NCBI GenBank assembly: GCA_021204165.1
Contig: JAJPZU010000112.1
Span: forward strand, 1 to 11,574
DNA: 11,574 nt
DNA from: Prevotellaceae bacterium
GTDB lineage: Bacteria > Bacteroidota > Bacteroidia > Bacteroidales > Bacteroidaceae
Direction: 5' to 3'
Both the position numbers and the translations under genes were made by a program. Below, piece by piece: positions 7,581-11,574 of this stretch. Each line of letters starts with the position of its first letter. The first letter of the stretch is position 1. The notes below the pieces were generated by a model, which saw only the letters and a program-made list of their open reading frames with translations, did not search any database and was not told the DNA's origin.

Positions 7581-8737
7581 ACGTCAAGATTTACAAATTC
7601 ATTATAAATGTGACTCATCAACTCTGAGAGGTCGTAAGTATCTACAATCCACCGTCCGCGTTCATTTTGGACAAGCAAATCTTGTATCTCTCCTTCATAT
7701 ATTCGATAAACAGCCGTGTTAGTCCTGCTCAATTGGGCACGTACTGCATTTGTTTGGTTTAGTAAAACATTCAAGTAGTTAAGAATATACGGACTATGGG
7801 TCGCAAGCATCATATTAATTTCTCGATTTTCATCCGCATGTGTTGCCGACAGCACAATTTCTTCTATGAGTTTGCACTGTGCATCAGGGAACAGACTTAA
7901 CTCAGGTTCTTCAATATGGATATATACTTGTTTCTTCAAATCGCTGGGTTCTGCGACAGCCCGAAACTTGTTCAATCTTTCCATATCATACAGATAGTTC
8001 AGGACAGAGCGCTTGAATGCGTCCTTAAATGAAAAGCCATTTGCGCTGGCATAGTTCTTTACAATCAAAGCGACCGATGCTGACGTTTGAATGCCGGATG
8101 AAGCTTCTCGTAAGTCGATTGGCTCATGACGGCTGTCATTTGGAATGACGGTGTAGCGTGTAGGCTTACCTTTGGGGTGGGTTATCTGAAGCTTCATGCC
8201 TATATAGTCCAACGGTATCTCTTTGTCGTTTGCCGATGCTCTGACAAAATCATTGTTTGTTTCATGAAAATAAAATCCCAAGGTTGCACCTGTGTTTTGG
8301 GATGCCTTTTGCGCCCATGTCGGAATGATGTTTCGGTTTTCAGAGATATAGGACACTTTGTTGAACACCAAATGGTCAGAAGATATAATGGGAAGTCTGC
8401 CTAATTTCTTGTTTTCCATCAAGATGGTGTATTCCGTTTCATCATCCATGACTACACTATACCTAATTACACTTGACGAGTCAAGCATTTTATACATTCC
8501 CGTTTCTTTCATCATCGAATCGAAGCGCATCCTGAAAGGAGAGCTTGTTATTTTTGAATGCTTCAAATAAGAACGGATGTTTGCCATTTTGTACAGATAG
8601 CGCATCATGCTTATCAGCTTCATCAGTGTGCTTTTACCACTTGCGGATTCACCAATCAACACAGTGAATGGCAGAAGGCCAAGGTTCTCAATGTGCTTTA
8701 GCGGACCAATATTTTTAATTGTTATAAATTCCTTCAT
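7577..8737 (-). CDS. ABC-type ATPase of the AAA_21/AAA_15 (SMC-like) family with no fused transporter domain. The longest ORF extends to 8815, but the start at MKEFITIKNIG (8737) is more plausible.
   Basis: Walker A GESASGKST at ~8627-8653. An ABC-signature-like SSGIQ motif. A Walker B / D-loop VYIHIEEPELSLFP. An H-loop LATHSPYIL. There is no transmembrane region. GC is low compared with neighbouring genes. Confidence 0.85.
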   Translation of the reverse strand: MKEFITIKNIGPLKHIENLGLLPFTVLIGESASGKSTLMKLISMMRYLYKMANIRSYLKHSKITSSPFRMRFDSMMKETGMYKMLDSSSVIRYSVVMDDETEYTILMENKKLGRLPIISSDHLVFNKVSYISENRNIIPTWAQKASQNTGATLGFYFHETNNDFVRASANDKEIPLDYIGMKLQITHPKGKPTRYTVIPNDSRHEPIDLREASSGIQTSASVALIVKNYASANGFSFKDAFKRSVLNYLYDMERLNKFRAVAEPSDLKKQVYIHIEEPELSLFPDAQCKLIEEIVLSATHADENREINMMLATHSPYILNYLNVLLNQTNAVRAQLSRTNTAVYRIYEGEIQDLLVQNERGRWIVDTYDLSELMSHIYNEFVNLDV

Positions 8738-8956
8738 AATAAAGTTTTGTTTTTCAAACAATCTGATAAAGTATGATTTACCCAATAAAGATACTAATTT
8801 GTACTTCAACAGCAAAAAAAATCCTGTATTGTGACGCTAAAAACGTGAATTTATTACAGAAATGGCACTTTGTCATGTCAAATCAGAAGGTGAAGTGTCA
8901 AAACAGGAGATACAATCCAAACTTATTGTTGCATGAACATCTGGGGCCAGAGCCGC

Positions 8957-9478
8957 CTAATCCTCCAGCCAGTCCTCCGACAAACTGAAGTCCTTGTCCG
9001 CAAACAAGTCCGCCAGCCCGGAAATCTGCTTCAGCCTCAACAGCTCATCCTTGTCCATGCCGATATTGCGCATAATCCACGCATCCGACATGCCCGCAGA
9101 CGTAAGCTCCGACACGATGTGGCTCATCAGCTCTATCGTGTGCGTACCCCTCGCCCTGTTATGACGTATGGTCGAAGCCATTCTGCACGAAATATCCTTG
9201 TCTATCACCGACACGGGAAGCATCCCCTTCTCCCTGTCATAAATTCGTTTCGATGTCTTCATCACCAGATAGCGGTGGAATCCATCTACAATCTCATACT
9301 TGTCCTCGTCCTTCAAGTAATAGCACACGCAAGGCATGGTGTACCCGTCCTCCCATATCGACAGTTCCAACAGCTTCATCTCCGGAGGAGCCACCATGTT
9401 GGGGTTATAATTGTTCGCCACCACTTTCTCGATAGGCACTGCTATCACATTATATACCGGACTCTTAAAATTTTCCAT
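8957..9478 (-). CDS. ibrB: ParB-like nuclease domain protein (IbrB-like).
   Basis: 173-aa ORF with a ParB/Srx-type motif IVDGFHRY (codons ~9272-9286). It overlaps the upstream PAPS-reductase-like gene by 14 bp, which implies translational coupling. Confidence 0.7.
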   Translation of the reverse strand: MENFKSPVYNVIAVPIEKVVANNYNPNMVAPPEMKLLELSIWEDGYTMPCVCYYLKDEDKYEIVDGFHRYLVMKTSKRIYDREKGMLPVSVIDKDISCRMASTIRHNRARGTHTIELMSHIVSELTSAGMSDAWIMRNIGMDKDELLRLKQISGLADLFADKDFSLSEDWLED

Positions 9479-10763
9479 ATTCCAATGCTTTATATTTTCT
9501 CATCACACTTTCTCGTCTGCTCTTCTCATTCTTGGTCAGGGTAAAGCCCATGTACTTACACACATGGTCGTTTCTCAGTATGCAGATGCAGACACGCTTG
9601 AATGTCGGAATCTCCCGAAACTCCGGAATGTCTATGTCGTCAACGTACTCCATCATGACCGGTCTTTTGTTAGTGCGGTATGCCGTGGTCGTCCCAACCG
9701 TAAACTTCACCCCTGCCGCACGCAATTTTTCAATGGTCTCATCGCTCAGACATCCGCCTTTCGTCCTCCAGAATCTCATGCTCACACCTATCTTGTCCAG
9801 ATAATTGCGGCACACCTTCTCCGGCAACGTGTCCAGCAGAAAGTACATGTACTTTTTCCAAGAAAATCCGTGAGGACATTTTATCGACTTCCATCCCATA
9901 GCCGTCGTATTCCCGTAGATGCCGGAAAAATTGACACCATTGACACGGCTGACCATCCGCCCCCACATGTCGGGGTCTATCGCCCGATAGACACTCAGCG
10001 TAGGTATGGCATGAGAAATGAACGGACTTGCCACCCGCTGCCGCCCAATCGGAATGCCCGCACGCGAATAAAGGTCATAAAGCGGATTATAAGTCCATCC
10101 GAATTTTCCGTTTGCCGTCCAGATGTCAGATGTTTTCCAGTCATAAAGCGGATAAGCGTTATACACATGTGCAGCAAGCTTATGTGTCCATTTGTAATGC
10201 GAAAGCCGCCGGTAGTTCTTGGCATTGTGTATGGCCGTCCACCGGTTAAAACTCTCCTGCGTCCTTATGCCTACAAGACAACATATACGTTCACATTTCT
10301 TCCGGTTGCGCAGCCAAGGGGCGAAAAGATACTGGAAGTCATAGTCCCACAAGGCATCAGTGAAGAAATTGAAATCGGCTGCCGTATAAGCCCCCTCAGG
10401 CATTTCCCTCACCCATATATCCTTCTCCGATTCTCCCCAAGGTCTCCAATACGACTGGTGCATGGATGTACAGGTCATGACTTTGAAGGGCACGCAACAA
10501 TGGTACACCTCCAGAATGTCGCGATTCTCCGACAGGGTACGGCGCACATACTCCGTGGTCTGCCGGTACTGCACCTCGTAGTCCATGTGGAACACACCCA
10601 GCTTACGTCCCGGAGCATACCTCCGTATATAGTCTATGCACAGATTCAACAACACTCCGCTGTCCTTGCCACCCGAAAACGAGACATACACATAATCGAA
10701 ATAATCGAATATGATCTTCAGCCTCCTTTGCACTGCTTCATAAACATCAAGTTGCCTAATCAT
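9465..10763 (-). CDS. ibrA: Phosphoadenosine-phosphosulfate reductase family PP-loop protein. It is DndC/IbrA-like, with a PAPS_reduct domain and a C-terminal extension.
   Basis: 432-aa ORF with the PP-loop SFSGGKDS near the N-terminus (~10659-10682). Its size and C-terminal region fit the IbrA/DUF3440-type proteins that pair with ParB-like IbrB. Confidence 0.8.
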   Translation of the reverse strand: MIRQLDVYEAVQRRLKIIFDYFDYVYVSFSGGKDSGVLLNLCIDYIRRYAPGRKLGVFHMDYEVQYRQTTEYVRRTLSENRDILEVYHCCVPFKVMTCTSMHQSYWRPWGESEKDIWVREMPEGAYTAADFNFFTDALWDYDFQYLFAPWLRNRKKCERICCLVGIRTQESFNRWTAIHNAKNYRRLSHYKWTHKLAAHVYNAYPLYDWKTSDIWTANGKFGWTYNPLYDLYSRAGIPIGRQRVASPFISHAIPTLSVYRAIDPDMWGRMVSRVNGVNFSGIYGNTTAMGWKSIKCPHGFSWKKYMYFLLDTLPEKVCRNYLDKIGVSMRFWRTKGGCLSDETIEKLRAAGVKFTVGTTTAYRTNKRPVMMEYVDDIDIPEFREIPTFKRVCICILRNDHVCKYMGFTLTKNEKSRRESVMRKYKALEYGKF

Positions 10764-11164
10764 TCCTTACGTCCTCCGGCATATACCATCTTGTCATAAT
10801 TCTTCCATTCCCTATGTGTCCTGAAGCCGTTGCGTGCAAAGTCAGCCACATGACGCTTGTGTACGACTGCGGTCAGCACAGTCCTGCTCACCGACTCCGC
10901 CACCACCCTGTCGAGCAGAGCATCAATGAGCAAAGAATCGTCGCCCTTGATATAATAATTGTCAATACAGGCTTCACGCTCTTTCTCCTTTACCGGAATG
11001 AATCCGATTACCTCCTTTTTCTCTATGGCCACATACCATTTGTGATGACGGGAGGTCTTGAAGGGATAATTGTTGTTGAGCCTCAACACTGCCGCATTCA
11101 TCACCAGCGGTGCCACCAGCTCATAAAGGCGGGAAGATGTGCCTTCTAAAATCTCAATATTCAT
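10760..11164 (-). CDS. Small protein, possibly with a GNAT-like acetyltransferase fold. It is the first gene of the coupled three-gene operon.
   Basis: 134-aa ORF whose stop overlaps the downstream PAPS-reductase-like gene start by 4 bp. Its beta-alpha pattern is loosely GNAT-like (WYVAIEKKEVIGFI…YYIKGDDSLLIDALLDRV…FARNGF). The fold assignment is tentative. Confidence 0.5.
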   Translation of the reverse strand: MNIEILEGTSSRLYELVAPLVMNAAVLRLNNNYPFKTSRHHKWYVAIEKKEVIGFIPVKEKEREACIDNYYIKGDDSLLIDALLDRVVAESVSRTVLTAVVHKRHVADFARNGFRTHREWKNYDKMVYAGGRKE

Positions 11165-11312
11165 AAAAACAGTCTTTTTGATTCTTGCCTATCCCGACTT
11201 CCGAATCATGAGAGTCTCGGTCTTATAAAGAAGATACATCAGTTGCCACATCCGTAATCTATAAACAGCAGACATCATGAACCATCAAAGTCAAGTAATG
11301 CAATAAACTATG

Positions 11313-11320
11313 CAAAAGTA
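11313..11320 (-). promoter_or_regulatory. Possible Bacteroidetes-type -7 promoter element (TAnnTTTG, here TACTTTTG on the minus strand) upstream of the three-gene operon.
   Basis: Plus-strand caaaagta reverse-complements to TACTTTTG, a match to the Bacteroides sigma-ABfr -7 consensus. It lies ~150 bp upstream of the ATG at 11164. No clear -33 TTTG was found, so this is weak. Confidence 0.25.
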
Positions 11321-11434
11321 CGACAAATACCTTTTTTATTCTACCCGATGTCATATTTTTTACAAGAAGAATACTTAGATACTGTTTTTTAGAAGCCGTT
11401 TGTTTAAATGAATGTATTCAACAATTTTAAGCTT

Positions 11435-11574
11435 GTCTATTTAACGGACTCCTCATGTGTATTTAGTGGAATGTTTTTATATTTGGTGGGGTGTTCTCGG
11501 CAGACTCCTCATGTGTGAATTGTATGTGTTAGCAGACGTTTTCGACAGACTCCTCCGTCGCTACCGCGCCACCT
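11435..11574. repeat. Right terminal repeat block, the inverted partner of 11-120. The terminal 37 nt (11538-11574) are the reverse complement of 11-46 apart from one extra G. On the complementary strand, GAGGAGTCTG / GAGGAGTCCG copies begin 20, 65 and 121 nt from the terminus, so the spacing is 45 and 56 nt versus 35 and 36 nt on the left.
   Basis: Reverse complement of 11435-11574 aligned by eye to 11-140. The gactcctc motifs are visible at ~11447, ~11501 and ~11546 on the plus strand. Confidence 0.8.

Noticed and set aside
7577-8815. The longest-ORF start for the ATPase at 8815 (MLLKYKLVSLLGKSYFIRLFEKQNFIMKEF…).
   Set aside because: The N-terminal 26 residues are not family-like. ABC/AAA_21 ATPases begin a few residues before the beta-strand that precedes Walker A. 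The start at MKEFITIKNIG (8737) is preferred. This is uncertain without an alignment.
9411-10799. A 462-aa plus-strand ORF.
   Set aside because: It is antisense to the PAPS-reductase-like gene, which has a clear PP-loop. The translation is Pro/Arg/His-rich with no motifs. It is a shadow ORF.

Overview
The window looks like a Bacteroidales-type chromosomal segment, judged from ~45-60% GC in core genes, tightly overlapping genes and no obvious Shine-Dalgarno use. All ten credible genes lie on the minus strand. Reading minus-strand 5'->3', from high to low coordinates, they are: (a) a three-gene coupled operon of a GNAT-like small protein, a PAPS-reductase/DndC-like PP-loop protein (IbrA-like) and a ParB-like nuclease-domain protein (IbrB-like); (b) a visibly AT-rich two-gene cassette of an ABC-type (AAA_21/AAA_15-like) ATPase coupled by an ATGA overlap to a 226-aa Cys-rich protein of unknown function; (c) an NfeD/YqiJ-like membrane protein followed by an SPFH/flotillin (YqiK-like) protein; (d) a long non-coding spacer; (e) an acyl-CoA carboxylase operon of biotin carboxylase, a biotin carboxyl-carrier protein with an EAMKM biotinylation motif, and a carboxyltransferase. 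No tRNA, rRNA, CRISPR array, transposase or integrase is visible. The most striking non-coding signal is at the window termini. They are imperfect inverted repeats with a 36/37-nt nearly perfect terminal match. Each terminus carries three direct copies of a GAGGAGTCTG core, spaced differently at the two ends, which resembles transposon ends with multiple transposase-binding sites. Two further arrays of phased short direct repeats sit in intergenic regions. The candidate novel systems are the ATPase plus Cys-rich partner cassette and the GNAT-PAPS reductase-ParB triad, both inside a unit bounded by inverted repeats that lacks any transposase.
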